From: an uncultured Candidatus Actinomarina sp.
Lineage (GTDB): Bacteria; Actinomycetota; Acidimicrobiia; Actinomarinales; Actinomarinaceae
NCBI GenBank assembly: GCA_902593475.1
Contig: CACJIM010000003.1
Span: 10,718-74,717 of the forward strand
DNA length: 64,000 bases
Direction of reading: 5' to 3'
The position numbers and the translations under genes were made by a program. Positions within the stretch are counted from its first letter, which is position 1. Each line of letters starts with the position of its first letter. Under the pieces are notes generated by a model. The model did no database searches. It saw only the letters and a program-made list of their open reading frames with translations, and was not told the DNA's origin. Below are positions 47,319-58,022 of this stretch, piece after piece.

Positions 47319-49960
47319 GATTTGTTTATCAACTCTTCAAAATCTGCTTTAGTTTTTGTAAACACTCTTGATCCAGAACCTGGCTCCATAGTAACCCCAT
47401 ATAAAACATCTCCAGCATGCATAGTCTGCTGTTGGTGTGTAACAATAATATATTGAGCATCTCCCTTTACATGCTTTAATAAGTTAATCATTCTATGTAA
47501 ATTAGCATCATCGAGTGCAGCTTCAACTTCATCAAGTATATAAAAAGGGCTTGGGAATGACTTAAATATAGAAAATAAGAATGCTATTGCAGCTAAAGAT
47601 CTTTCTCCTCCAGATAATAAACTTAATTTCTTAACCTTTTTACCTTTAGGTTGTACCGAAATATCAATTCCAGTTTCTAAAATATTTTCTTTATCTGTGA
47701 ATGACAAAGATCCTTTTCCTCCAGGGAACAAAGTTTCAAATATTTCAGAAAAATGCACTGAAATTGAATTAAATGAAGATTCAATTCTAAATGATATTTC
47801 ATTTTCAATTTCTTTAATGTGTGAATTCAATTCTTTTTTGGCTAAATTTAAGTCTTCTATGTTTCCTGTTATTTCTTCATGTCTTGAATTTAAGGTTTCA
47901 AAATCTTCTTTAGCTAAATAATTTACTGTACCTATATTTTCTAATTGAGTCTCATAATTTATTATTTCATTTTCTAAAGTATGTTGAATCAATCCATCAG
48001 TTTGTACATGAACAAGACTTTCGTCATTCAAACCATAAATATTTTTTAATGTAGAAAAATGAGATGAAGTAGAAACTTGATTTTCAGATAGATTAATTAC
48101 TACTGCGGTTTTTTCCTCTTTTATATCAAAATAATTTTTATTTAACTGTTCAATTTCTGAATCAATTTTCTGAATTTTTTTATTAGTATTTCCATACTTA
48201 TCATCAAACTCTTCAGATTTTTGAGCTAATAAATTACTCGTTTTATTTGTAAATGTAATAAAGTCTTTTATTTCAGAAACAAGCTTTTCTAAATCTGATT
48301 TTGAAATGGTATTTTTAGTAGATGAGATTTTTTCTTTTTCATTAAGAAATTCATTATTTTGTTCCGTAAGATTTTTGATTCTTTCTTGAGAAGTGACTAA
48401 TTGGTTAGAAATTGAAGTTATTTGATTTTCTAAATTTTCAATCTGTTTTTCTAAATCAATCTTTTGATTATTTATGTCAATTTTGAACTCTTCATTTTGA
48501 TTAATTCCAGAAAGCAATACTTCTTTTTGACTTAATTCTCTTTCCATAGTTTCATTCTTAGAAGTTATTTGATCTATTTTTTCTTTTGATGAGTTAAATT
48601 CCCTATTCAAGATATTTTGATGAAAAGTAACATATTCATCTTTTGAAGAAATATTAAATTCAGTGCTTTTAATATCATTATTAAATTTCTGTAAAAGGTC
48701 TTCTGAATTTTTAACATCGCTCTCCCACTTACTAAGTTCAAGATTTAGTACTCCTAAATCTTGTGATGTTTCAGATATGTTCTTTTGTAATGACTTAATT
48801 TCATTTTCTAGCAATGCTTCATTTACTTCTTTTGATGCAGAAGACTTCTTAATAACAGACTCGAGTTGTGTTTTTAAATCATCATAAGTTGATTGAAGAT
48901 TCTTTAAAGAATATTGTTTAGACACCAACTGATTAGAAAGCATATTTATCTGATCTGAATTTTGATCTATTTTTTTTGAAATTTTATTAATTTGCTCTAT
49001 ATTCCTAAAATCTTCACGTTCTAAATTATCTTTTCTTTCATTTGCCACTTGAGCAATTGATCTTAATTGTTCAGTAACATTGTTAATTTTTGAGGAATAT
49101 TCTTTGAATGTAGAGCCAATCGAAACTCCATCGCCAAGTTCATTATTTATTTTTAGTTTTTCTTTTTTCAAATTTTCAACTTTTAACTCAATAGAATCAA
49201 TTGAATTTGAAAGTTCATTTTCTTTGATTTTTAAATCTTCATATTCATTTTGAAATTTTCTATAAAGCAAAGTGTGTAGTTTTATATTTCTATCTTTTAG
49301 TTGATTTGTTACATCTTCATGAAGCCTTGCCTGCTCAGCTTGTTCCTGTAGAGGCTTCAGTTGTTTTCTAATCTCACGTAAAACATCTTTAGCTCTTTTG
49401 ATTTCTTTATCACCAGATTCAATTCTCTTTAGCGCTTTTTCTTTTTTCGATCTTAAAGGTAAAATTCCTGAAGCTTCTTCAATTGTTAATCTGTGATCCT
49501 CAGGCTTTGAATTCAATATTTCAGCGATTTGACCTTGTGAAATTATGATATGTTGCTGTTTGCCTATACCTACGTCACTTAAAAACTCTTGAATATCTAA
49601 CAATCTGCAATTTAAGCCATTCATAAAGTATTCAGAAGTACCATCTCTAAACAGTTTTCTTCCTATGGAAATTTCACTATTTCCATTAAATTTTTGTTCA
49701 TCAACTTCGAAATTTAAATAGACTTCAGCAAATCCTTTTTCTGATAATTTTTCAGTACCGGCAAATATCACATCTTCCATCTTGTTAGTTCTAAGAGTGG
49801 CGGGGCTTTGGGTTCCCAATACCCAAGATATTGCATCTACTACATTTGACTTGCCTGAACCATTAGGTCCAACAATAACATTTACTTCGTCTGATAATTG
49901 AATATTTGTCTTTTCTGCAAAAGACTTGAACCCATTAATATCTAATGATTTTAAATACAT
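47315..49960 (-). CDS. smc: SMC-family chromosome condensation ATPase, unusually short (881 aa), hinge not recognisable
   Basis: N-terminal FKSF + GPNGSGKSN Walker A, and C-terminal LSGGE signature + Walker B (ILDEVEAALD). Very long coiled coil between. Confidence 0.85.
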   Translation of the reverse strand: MYLKSLDINGFKSFAEKTNIQLSDEVNVIVGPNGSGKSNVVDAISWVLGTQSPATLRTNKMEDVIFAGTEKLSEKGFAEVYLNFEVDEQKFNGNSEISIGRKLFRDGTSEYFMNGLNCRLLDIQEFLSDVGIGKQQHIIISQGQIAEILNSKPEDHRLTIEEASGILPLRSKKEKALKRIESGDKEIKRAKDVLREIRKQLKPLQEQAEQARLHEDVTNQLKDRNIKLHTLLYRKFQNEYEDLKIKENELSNSIDSIELKVENLKKEKLKINNELGDGVSIGSTFKEYSSKINNVTEQLRSIAQVANERKDNLEREDFRNIEQINKISKKIDQNSDQINMLSNQLVSKQYSLKNLQSTYDDLKTQLESVIKKSSASKEVNEALLENEIKSLQKNISETSQDLGVLNLELSKWESDVKNSEDLLQKFNNDIKSTEFNISSKDEYVTFHQNILNREFNSSKEKIDQITSKNETMERELSQKEVLLSGINQNEEFKIDINNQKIDLEKQIENLENQITSISNQLVTSQERIKNLTEQNNEFLNEKEKISSTKNTISKSDLEKLVSEIKDFITFTNKTSNLLAQKSEEFDDKYGNTNKKIQKIDSEIEQLNKNYFDIKEEKTAVVINLSENQVSTSSHFSTLKNIYGLNDESLVHVQTDGLIQHTLENEIINYETQLENIGTVNYLAKEDFETLNSRHEEITGNIEDLNLAKKELNSHIKEIENEISFRIESSFNSISVHFSEIFETLFPGGKGSLSFTDKENILETGIDISVQPKGKKVKKLSLLSGGERSLAAIAFLFSIFKSFPSPFYILDEVEAALDDANLHRMINLLKHVKGDAQYIIVTHQQQTMHAGDVLYGVTMEPGSGSRVFTKTKADFEELINKS

Positions 49961-50026
49961 TTATTACCCTGTTGTTACTTATATATTAGTAATAATTGGA
50001 TTAAATTTCTTATTTTTGAATTTTTT

Positions 50027-50962
50027 TTAAACTACTTCTATTTCTACAGCACGCGTATTTTGCCTGTTAGAAGTGTACATATTATCAAGATATTCAAAAG
50101 GCTTTTTATTTATCCAGCCATTTGAATATAAAAAGTAAGACGCAGCCAAATCTACTCCTCTTTTGCTACCGTCTGTACAGTTAAATATAAAGGATTCGCT
50201 ATTATCAGTAACAAACAATACTCCTTCTGCACCTGATTTTGCTAAAAGTTTTCGTTCTGAATTTATTATTATATTTGTATCTGTTCTATTTTCGCCACCT
50301 ATTATTTCTGGATGAGCTAAATAAGCTTGAAATACTTTATTCCAAGATTCAGCACTTCGAGTTTTTTGCATAAATTTTATAGAGTTTAAAAAATTTGTTA
50401 CATTTAAATTAATTGCTGGCAGACCACATCCATCAATACCAAATCCAATATCTTCATTTTCAAATATTTCGATAAAGTACTGCTTTGTGATTTTTTGGGT
50501 TTTATGAATTAAATCATAGTAATTACTGCTATCAACAGATAACAATTTAGAAAATATCAACATTGATAAATGCTTGCCAGAACAATTGTTGTGCAATTTA
50601 GTATATTTCTCACCTAAAATTAGCAAATTATCTGCAGTTTCATCATGGAAAGGTCGCTGTGGCCCACAAATTATGTTATCTAAATCAACTTTAAATTTTT
50701 TTGCTGTTTCTCTTAATAGTTCTATATGCTCCACTTGACCAGAATGTGATGCTGCAAACAATGCTATCTCTTCAGAAGTAAATTCAATATCTTGATTTGA
50801 TGCCTCCAGCAATAAAGGAATCACTTGCATTGGTTTGACTGAAGACCTAGGAAAAAAATAATCGTCATATTGTTTTTTGTTTGAGTAAAGATTTACTTCA
50901 TGAGAAGACTCTATAGAACCATCCCTATATAAATTAACTGTTAGTTTATTATCTTCTGACAT
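50027..50962 (-). CDS. asparaginase II-family (Rhizobium-type L-asparaginase) protein
   Basis: HSGQxEH and NNCSGKH family motifs. Confidence 0.7.
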   Translation of the reverse strand: MSEDNKLTVNLYRDGSIESSHEVNLYSNKKQYDDYFFPRSSVKPMQVIPLLLEASNQDIEFTSEEIALFAASHSGQVEHIELLRETAKKFKVDLDNIICGPQRPFHDETADNLLILGEKYTKLHNNCSGKHLSMLIFSKLLSVDSSNYYDLIHKTQKITKQYFIEIFENEDIGFGIDGCGLPAINLNVTNFLNSIKFMQKTRSAESWNKVFQAYLAHPEIIGGENRTDTNIIINSERKLLAKSGAEGVLFVTDNSESFIFNCTDGSKRGVDLAASYFLYSNGWINKKPFEYLDNMYTSNRQNTRAVEIEVV

Positions 50963-51744
50963 TTTTTACACACATAAGTAGCTCTAGAATCTATAAATAT
51001 CTTATCAATTTTATTTGAACATGAAAAACACTTATCTTTTGAATAAATATACAAATTATTTTGGTTGTTACCATATACACCTTGTGGTAGAACATAAGTC
51101 ATATCACTTAAGGTTGTTCCATTATTTTTAATAGCCTTTTTTAAAACTTTCTTTGTATATAAAAATATATCATTCCAACTTGTGTCTTTTAATTTAAAAG
51201 ATACTGTGTGTGGATGAATGCCAGCAAGAAATAAAATTTCATTAACATAAATATTTCCTAGTCCGCTTATATTTTTTTGATTTAGTAAGAATTTTTTAAT
51301 ACTCGTCGAACTTTTTTTTGCTTTATTAATTACAAAGAATTTATCTATTTTTGACAATGAAAGTGCGTCTGGACCTAGAGCGGAAAATTGTTTATTTGCT
51401 AGATCATTTTTAAGAATCTTTATATATCCAAACTTTCGAATATCATCATAAAGTAAAATGTCTTTATCAAAAAAAAATATACCGTGTGTATGTTTATTTT
51501 TTATACCATTTAGATCTAATCTTCCACTCATTCCTAAATGAAAAAATATTGAATTGTTTTTAAAGTTAAATTGTAAAATCTTTCCTTTTCTATTTATCTC
51601 AATTAAAACACCTAAGTTTCTAGGATTAACAATGTTAAATCTATTTATTCGTTGATCAAATATTTTATATTTTTGTAATTTCTGATTTATTAAAGAATTT
51701 TTTAAAACCCTTCGTATAGATTCAACTTCGGGTAATTCAGGCAT
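50941..51744 (-). CDS. mutM: formamidopyrimidine/endonuclease VIII-type DNA glycosylase
   Basis: N-terminal MPELPEVE (catalytic Pro2/Glu3), H2TH region, and a C-terminal zinc finger (CxxC...CxxC). Confidence 0.9.
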   Translation of the reverse strand: MPELPEVESIRRVLKNSLINQKLQKYKIFDQRINRFNIVNPRNLGVLIEINRKGKILQFNFKNNSIFFHLGMSGRLDLNGIKNKHTHGIFFFDKDILLYDDIRKFGYIKILKNDLANKQFSALGPDALSLSKIDKFFVINKAKKSSTSIKKFLLNQKNISGLGNIYVNEILFLAGIHPHTVSFKLKDTSWNDIFLYTKKVLKKAIKNNGTTLSDMTYVLPQGVYGNNQNNLYIYSKDKCFSCSNKIDKIFIDSRATYVCKKCQKIIN

Positions 51745-52414
51745 CTAATTTAGCTAAAGCATCTTTTGCAGCAGATTGCTGAGCACTTTTTTTAGATTTT
51801 CCATCTCCAGCGCCAATTATCTCATCATTTAATAAAACTTCAGATGAAAAATTTTTATTATGGTCAGGACCATGTGAACTATCTTGATAAATTACTTTTA
51901 ACCCCTTTTTAGCAAAGTATTCTTGTAATCTTGTTTTGTAATCTTTTTGTCCAGGATTTAGAGATAGATTCTTTATGCTTGGATAAATAAATTTTGAAAC
52001 AAAATCATTTACAGCTTTTAGACCACCATCAAAATATAATGCAGCAATTAAAGCTTCCAGAGCATCTTCAATAATTGAATCTTTATGTCTTCCTCCGGTT
52101 GAATCTTCTGCTGAGCCTAAATAAAGATACTTACCAATGTTTATTTTTTTTCCAAGTTCAACAAGATAAAACTGATTAACAGCACTCGATCTAATTTTTG
52201 TTAGACTTCCTTCGTCCAATTCTGGATAATTTTCAAATAAATATTCAGTTAGATCAAAATCTAGTATTGCATCACCAAAAAACTCATACCTTTGATTTGA
52301 TTGTAAGTCCGGGTACTCATCTAAATATGATTTATGGGTTAAAGCAATCTTTAAAAAAGTTATATTTTTAAATTTGTATCCAATATTCTTTTCTAAATCT
52401 TTTAAATTACTCAT
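51737..52414 (-). CDS. rnc: ribonuclease III
   Basis: RNase III signature (ERxEFxGDA as QRYEFFGDA) plus a C-terminal dsRBD. Confidence 0.92.
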   Translation of the reverse strand: MSNLKDLEKNIGYKFKNITFLKIALTHKSYLDEYPDLQSNQRYEFFGDAILDFDLTEYLFENYPELDEGSLTKIRSSAVNQFYLVELGKKINIGKYLYLGSAEDSTGGRHKDSIIEDALEALIAALYFDGGLKAVNDFVSKFIYPSIKNLSLNPGQKDYKTRLQEYFAKKGLKVIYQDSSHGPDHNKNFSSEVLLNDEIIGAGDGKSKKSAQQSAAKDALAKLDA

Positions 52415-53382
52415 AACTCTTTAATGGCGTCAGAAAACTTACCAATAAAATCTTTCTTGATGGATTCATTTGTATATTGAATACCATTCATAATTGCCTC
52501 CTGCTTAGACGAACCGTGTCCAATTGTTACTAAACCATCGACGCCTAATAAGTAAGAAGCATTTGTTTTATCAGGGTTTAATTGATCCTTCACAGGTTTT
52601 AAAGCTTTCTTGACTGATGGTAGTAAAGGTTTAAATAGATTTTGTTTTAGAGAAGCAGATATTAGGTTTTGCTGAAGTTTTGCAGTTCCTTCTAAAGTTT
52701 TTAATACTACATTACCTGTAAATCCATCAGTAACAAATACATCAACCTTATTAGTTGCAAAATCTCTACCTTCTACATTTCCAACGAAATTTAAAGAACT
52801 TGAATTTAAAAGTTTAAAGGCAGATTTTTCAAGTTCTCTACCCTTAGACTCTTCTTCTCCGTTATTTAAAAGTCCTATTTTCGGAGATTCAATGTCAAAA
52901 AGAGCTTCAGCAAGCTTTGATCCCATGACTGCAAATTGATAAAGGACTTTAGGTTTAACATCTAAACTTGCACCTGAGTCAAGTAATATCACACTTCTTT
53001 CAATAGTTGGCAAGACTGAAGCAATTGCAGGTCTAATTACACCTCTTTGCTTTCCCAAAATTGTAATTGCACTTATTAGGGTTGCACCGGTAGATCCTGC
53101 AGAAAATACTGCCTCAACCTTTTTTTCTTTTAATAATTGCATACATCCATTTATTGATGCTTCTTTTTTGGAACGTACAGCTTTAAGTGGATCTTCGTCC
53201 ATTGAAATTACCTGAGGAAAATGGTAGACAGGTATTTCTGTTGATCCTAGATAGGGTTTGATTAAATTTTCATCACCACACAATACGACGTTGACACCAT
53301 TTTCTTTTGCTTTTATTGCACCTTTAACAATTTCTACAGGTGCTGAATCACCACCCATTGCATCTACGGCAATAGTATTCAT
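52411..53382 (-). CDS. plsX: phosphate:acyl-ACP acyltransferase PlsX
   Basis: PlsX family throughout. Conserved rpmF-plsX order. Confidence 0.9.
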   Translation of the reverse strand: MNTIAVDAMGGDSAPVEIVKGAIKAKENGVNVVLCGDENLIKPYLGSTEIPVYHFPQVISMDEDPLKAVRSKKEASINGCMQLLKEKKVEAVFSAGSTGATLISAITILGKQRGVIRPAIASVLPTIERSVILLDSGASLDVKPKVLYQFAVMGSKLAEALFDIESPKIGLLNNGEEESKGRELEKSAFKLLNSSSLNFVGNVEGRDFATNKVDVFVTDGFTGNVVLKTLEGTAKLQQNLISASLKQNLFKPLLPSVKKALKPVKDQLNPDKTNASYLLGVDGLVTIGHGSSKQEAIMNGIQYTNESIKKDFIGKFSDAIKEL

Positions 53383-53389
53383 AATTTTT

Positions 53390-53572
53390 TTAGCTTACTT
53401 CAGGTTCTTTGACTTGTCGACCGTTATAAGTTCCATCTGTAGGATTAACCCTATGTGACTGTTTTGCAACACCAGTCTCTGGGTCAACTACAAAATGCGG
53501 TTTTGAAACTTTATGAGTAGCTTTTCTACGTCTAGTTCTAGATTTAGACATTTTTTTCTTTGGCACTGCCAT
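53390..53572 (-). CDS. rpmF: 50S ribosomal protein L32
   Basis: MAVPKKKxSKSRTRRR N-terminus. Confidence 0.93.
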   Translation of the reverse strand: MAVPKKKMSKSRTRRRKATHKVSKPHFVVDPETGVAKQSHRVNPTDGTYNGRQVKEPEVS

Positions 53573-53590
53573 GGTTATATTCCTTTCAAA

Positions 53591-54088
53591 CTACAAATCT
53601 AGCTGACTTAGAGAAGAAAATGGACTTTCTTTTGAATTTTTTTCATTGTGATTACAGCTTAAATTATTTTTATTTATACCACAAAATGAGCAAAGTCCCT
53701 TACATTTCTGTGAACATACAAAATTTATGTCCATTTTTTCAATAATTATTTCAGAAATAAAAGGTGATAAGTCAAAATATTCATCATCATAATTTACTTC
53801 ATAGTCGTTATCATCTTTTACATTCAAAGTTGTTGAAAAGGAACTTCTATCTTCATTATGTGAAGCCGTTAAACATCTCCCGCAATTGCTTTGATATCTG
53901 AAATTAACTTCAATTGAAAAAGAAAGCCTATCTTCAATTAGTTCAATTTCTGATTGGAATTTAATTTGTTCATTATCATCAATAAAATTATTACCAAAAT
54001 TTATTGGAAATGTACCTTCATTGTCGAACTGTATTTTATCTTTTGAAGAGATTACGTCAATTGACTTAATTTTGGTATTTAATTTCAT
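53591..54088 (-). CDS. YceD/DUF177 family protein
   Basis: C-terminal CxxC...CxxC and the conserved position upstream of rpmF. Confidence 0.8.
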   Translation of the reverse strand: MKLNTKIKSIDVISSKDKIQFDNEGTFPINFGNNFIDDNEQIKFQSEIELIEDRLSFSIEVNFRYQSNCGRCLTASHNEDRSSFSTTLNVKDDNDYEVNYDDEYFDLSPFISEIIIEKMDINFVCSQKCKGLCSFCGINKNNLSCNHNEKNSKESPFSSLSQLDL

Positions 54089-54089
54089 T

Positions 54090-54587
54090 TTATGGTTTTT
54101 CTACATCGCGTGGTTGTCTAAGTTTCGTTCTCTCTTGATCTAAAAAATCTTTCAACTGATCAATTTTGCTTTGAATTTCTTCCATTTTTAGGTCTACTGA
54201 ATCTTCAATATTTGCTCTATAAGATTGAGCTTCAAGTTCAGTTTGTTTAATTATTGCATTGGCTTCAATAACTGCTTCTTGTAAAACATATGATTCTTGA
54301 ATAAGTTTTTCAGATTCACGCCTAGCTTCTTCAACAATCTCTTTTGATTCATCTTTGGCCTTGGTAATAAACGATTCTTGTTCTCTTACGATCCATCTTG
54401 CGGTTCGAAGTTCTACAGGAATTGTATCAATTATTTCATCTATATTGTTTATAATTTCTTTTTTATTGACTCTTCCAGTAAGTGAATTCGATTCGAGACT
54501 TGCCCTTAAGTTTTCTAGTTTATCAACTATGTCAATTCTGACATTTCCTTTTGCAATATCTTCAAAATTAATTTCTGCTTCAGGCAT
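54090..54587 (-). CDS. coiled-coil protein (possibly DivIVA-domain, SepIVA-like by position)
   Basis: Heptad-rich, charged sequence. It lies between coaD and DUF177, where mycobacteria encode a DivIVA-domain septation protein. No direct motif match. Confidence 0.5.
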   Translation of the reverse strand: MPEAEINFEDIAKGNVRIDIVDKLENLRASLESNSLTGRVNKKEIINNIDEIIDTIPVELRTARWIVREQESFITKAKDESKEIVEEARRESEKLIQESYVLQEAVIEANAIIKQTELEAQSYRANIEDSVDLKMEEIQSKIDQLKDFLDQERTKLRQPRDVEKP

Positions 54588-55044
54588 TGTTCATTCTCTC
54601 TAAAACATAATCAGGAACCAAAGACTTAATGTCTCCACCGTATGAATGAATTTCTTTCACCATGGAGCTTGATAGGTATCCATATTCAGGAGAAGAGGGT
54701 ATGAATATTGTTTCAAATCCTTTTAAAGTTGAGTTAGCTTGTGCCATTTGAAATTCATAGTCAAAATCTGTCATAGCTCTTAATCCTTTGACAATAGCAT
54801 CAACTGACTCTGATGAGGCAAAATCAACTAATAAACCTTCAAAACTTTTTACTTTTACATTCACTTTTTCATTACAAACTTTTTCAAGCATTTCTGATCT
54901 TTCCTCTGGTGTAAATAAAGATTCCTTTGAGGGGTTAACAACGACTCCAACAATAATCTCACTAAATATTTCAGAACATCTATTTATAACATCAATATGT
55001 CCATTAGTAGGTGGGTCAAATGAACCAGGAATTAAAATTTTCAT
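54580..55044 (-). CDS. coaD: phosphopantetheine adenylyltransferase
   Basis: GSFDPPTNGH nucleotidyltransferase motif. Confidence 0.93.
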   Translation of the reverse strand: MKILIPGSFDPPTNGHIDVINRCSEIFSEIIVGVVVNPSKESLFTPEERSEMLEKVCNEKVNVKVKSFEGLLVDFASSESVDAIVKGLRAMTDFDYEFQMAQANSTLKGFETIFIPSSPEYGYLSSSMVKEIHSYGGDIKSLVPDYVLERMNNA

Positions 55045-55577
55045 ATTCTCCTCAATATAAGAATTTTACTTTGCCCATAGTTTTTTTCCCTATGTAATTC
55101 ATAATTTTTTGAAAACTTTACAACCTCAGAAGCTTTGTGTCTATGAATAATTAAAAGCCCACTATCATTTAAAATATTCTCTATGATTAAAACTTCTTCA
55201 TCTACTTGATTTGCATCAAGTTCAAAAGGAGGATCATAAAAAATTACATCATATTTATTAATAGAATTTTGAATAAAAGAATTAACTGGCGAATTTACGA
55301 TATTTAGGTTACTTGACATTTTTTCTACGTTTTTCTTAAGTATTAAAATGCATTCTTTAGAGAGCTCAACAAATGTAACATAATTTGCTCCCCTACTTAA
55401 TGCTTCAATGCCTAAACTTCCAGAACCAGAATATAAATCAAGAACATCTTTGTCTTCAACAATGAACTGAATTGAGTTAAAAATTGCTTCCCTAACTTTA
55501 CTCATCATTGGTCTTGTATCAGCGTTATTAATTGTTTCAATCTTTTTAGACTTGTAAATACCTGCCAAAACTCTCAT
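55041..55577 (-). CDS. rsmD: 16S rRNA (guanine966-N2)-methyltransferase RsmD
   Basis: DLYSGSGSLGIEALSRGA and DPPF motifs. Confidence 0.88.
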   Translation of the reverse strand: MRVLAGIYKSKKIETINNADTRPMMSKVREAIFNSIQFIVEDKDVLDLYSGSGSLGIEALSRGANYVTFVELSKECILILKKNVEKMSSNLNIVNSPVNSFIQNSINKYDVIFYDPPFELDANQVDEEVLIIENILNDSGLLIIHRHKASEVVKFSKNYELHREKNYGQSKILILRRI

Positions 55578-57700
55578 GTAGTACCATCTGCTTGAAAATA
55601 ATTCGGAAATAATAATTTTGCTTCTTCAAATACTTTATTCGAAGAATTTAAACTATTGATATCATCATAAATTTCTTTGGATTGAATAAGTAAACCATAA
55701 TCAAAACGTAAATCAGCAATTTTTAAATCAGACCTACCTGATTGGTTTTTACCAGTTACCTTTCCTTCACCGCGAATTTCTAAATCTATCTCTGATAATT
55801 TAAATCCATCACTCATTGTTGATATAGCCTCTAATCTTTTCACACCTTCTTCACTGATAGTGCTGAGAGATTTTTTATTCGTAATGTGAAAAATACACTC
55901 TGATTGTTTTTCTCCTCTACCTACTCTTCCTCTGAGCTGGTGCAGTTGATTAAGACCAAATCTTTCTGCGCTTTCAATAATCATTAGAGAGGCATTTGGA
56001 ATGTCTATACCAACCTCTATAACTACAGTGGAGACAAGTATGTCTATAGAGCCATCCTGCATTGATCGCATTATATTTTCTTTTTCCTCGTAAGACATCT
56101 TTCCATGTAGAAGAACAACCTTGTAATCCGAAAATTTTTTAGAATATTCTAAAAAAACTTTTTCTGCTGCCTGTATATCAGAAGACTCACTCTCTTCTAT
56201 ATAGGGACAAACTACAAATATTTGCGAATTATCATCTAAATGTTTATAACACTTTTCAAAAACTTTCTCATTGTCTTTTTTTAAACCACTATATAAATGT
56301 GAAACAATTGGCTTTCTGCCCGGAGGTAATTCATTTATTGAAGATATCTCTAAGTCACCATATATAGATAGAGCAGTAGTTCTTGGTATTGGAGTTGCAG
56401 TCATAACAAGTTGGTCGGGAGTTATTTCTGAATCTGATATTAATTTTTTTCTTTGATCAACACCAAATCTCTGTTGCTCGTCGATAATTACGAGACCTAA
56501 ATTACTAAAGAATACTTTGTCTTGAATTAAGGCATGAGTACCTATATATAATCCAGGCTTACCATCAGATATATTATTCATTACTTCGCTTCTATCTTTG
56601 ACAGAGGAAGTAAGAAAATTAACCTCAACATCTGAATTTTTTAAAAATGCATTTAATGAATTTAAATGTTGTTCAGCCAATACTTCCGTTGGAGCCATTA
56701 GTGCCACTTGGTAACCGGAATTTATTACAGCATATATAGAAATTGCAGCCACAACTGTCTTTCCTGAGCCAACATCGCCTTGAAGTAGTCTTTTCATGGG
56801 ATAATCATTTTTTAAATCTTCTAGAATCTCTTTATAGGCTTTTGTTTGAGATTCTGTGAGTTGAAATGGTAAGTCTGCAACAAAAGTGTCTATTAATGAA
56901 TTTTTAAAAATATATTTTGGCCCTTTGTTTTTATTTTTAAATTCAGATTTTAAATTTTCAAATATAGAACGTAAATATATAAATTCATCAAGAGCAAGCC
57001 TTTCTCTTGCTTTTTGGAATTCTTCAATGGTTTTAGGGAAATGAATTGATTTAAAACTTTCAGTTCTAGAAAAAATTGAATTTTTATCTACAACCTCACT
57101 AGTAAGCATGTCTTCAATTCCAGGTTCAAACTCTTCTTTAGGTGTATCAATGATTGACAATGCGTCTTTTATTGCTTTTCTTATTACTCCACTAGATACA
57201 CCATCAACTTTTGGATATATAGGAATTAAAGATCCCGTCTCGCTCAGTTCATCTATATCAGCAAATTTTTCAATTGTGGGATTTTTAAATTCTATTGATC
57301 CAGTTTTTTTAATTTCAGGCTTTCCAGAAAGAGCAACATCTTCACCCTCTTTAAATCTGGATTCTATATATTGAGGTCCAAACCACTTTGCTTTTACCAA
57401 GCCTGTGCTGTCTTTTATTGAAAGCGTCGTTATCCTTAATCTTGATTTAGTTGTAAATACTGAAACATTACTGATCGTACCAATCATTGTTACTTCTTTT
57501 TCAATATCTGATTGATCAATTTGATTTATTGTTTTTATTTTTGATCTATCAATGTGTTTTCTTGGATAAAATCTAATTAAATCGGTAATGGATGATAAAT
57601 TACTCTTTTTAAGATTTGAATATCTTTTCTCACCAAATCCTTTTAAAGAATCTAACTTTATATTATCTAAGTAACTTAAACTTCTTTCAACCACAATCAA
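55574..57700 (-). CDS. recG: ATP-dependent DNA helicase RecG
   Basis: Wedge/OB N-terminal domain, Walker A GDVGSGKT, DEQQRFGV, and helicase motif VI QLRGRVGRG. Confidence 0.93.
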   Translation of the reverse strand: MIVVERSLSYLDNIKLDSLKGFGEKRYSNLKKSNLSSITDLIRFYPRKHIDRSKIKTINQIDQSDIEKEVTMIGTISNVSVFTTKSRLRITTLSIKDSTGLVKAKWFGPQYIESRFKEGEDVALSGKPEIKKTGSIEFKNPTIEKFADIDELSETGSLIPIYPKVDGVSSGVIRKAIKDALSIIDTPKEEFEPGIEDMLTSEVVDKNSIFSRTESFKSIHFPKTIEEFQKARERLALDEFIYLRSIFENLKSEFKNKNKGPKYIFKNSLIDTFVADLPFQLTESQTKAYKEILEDLKNDYPMKRLLQGDVGSGKTVVAAISIYAVINSGYQVALMAPTEVLAEQHLNSLNAFLKNSDVEVNFLTSSVKDRSEVMNNISDGKPGLYIGTHALIQDKVFFSNLGLVIIDEQQRFGVDQRKKLISDSEITPDQLVMTATPIPRTTALSIYGDLEISSINELPPGRKPIVSHLYSGLKKDNEKVFEKCYKHLDDNSQIFVVCPYIEESESSDIQAAEKVFLEYSKKFSDYKVVLLHGKMSYEEKENIMRSMQDGSIDILVSTVVIEVGIDIPNASLMIIESAERFGLNQLHQLRGRVGRGEKQSECIFHITNKKSLSTISEEGVKRLEAISTMSDGFKLSEIDLEIRGEGKVTGKNQSGRSDLKIADLRFDYGLLIQSKEIYDDINSLNSSNKVFEEAKLLFPNYFQADGTT

Positions 57701-57785
57701 ACATTACCTAAAAAGTTTTAAAATGAAAGTACCTACAAATTAATAAATTAGTTATAGTTATAAATGTAATTTAGAGGAAAATATT

Positions 57786-58022
57786 ATGTCAAATAGATGT
57801 CAAGTAACTGGAAGAGAGCCAAGATCAGGTAAGCATGTATCTTTTTCTCATAAAAGAAACAATCGATGGTTCAAACCAAATATTCAAACTAAAAAATACT
57901 GGCTTGAAAGTGAAAACCGCTGGGTAAAGCTTAAAGTTAGTACAAAAGGCAATAAAGTTATAGACAAGCGCGGAATTGAGTCTGTTGTTAAAGAAATAAG
58001 AAGTAGAGGCGAAAAAGTCTAA
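57786..58022 (+). CDS. rpmB: 50S ribosomal protein L28 (zinc-independent type)
   Basis: L28 family with a single Cys. GAGGAAA Shine-Dalgarno. Confidence 0.9.
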   Translation: MSNRCQVTGREPRSGKHVSFSHKRNNRWFKPNIQTKKYWLESENRWVKLKVSTKGNKVIDKRGIESVVKEIRSRGEKV

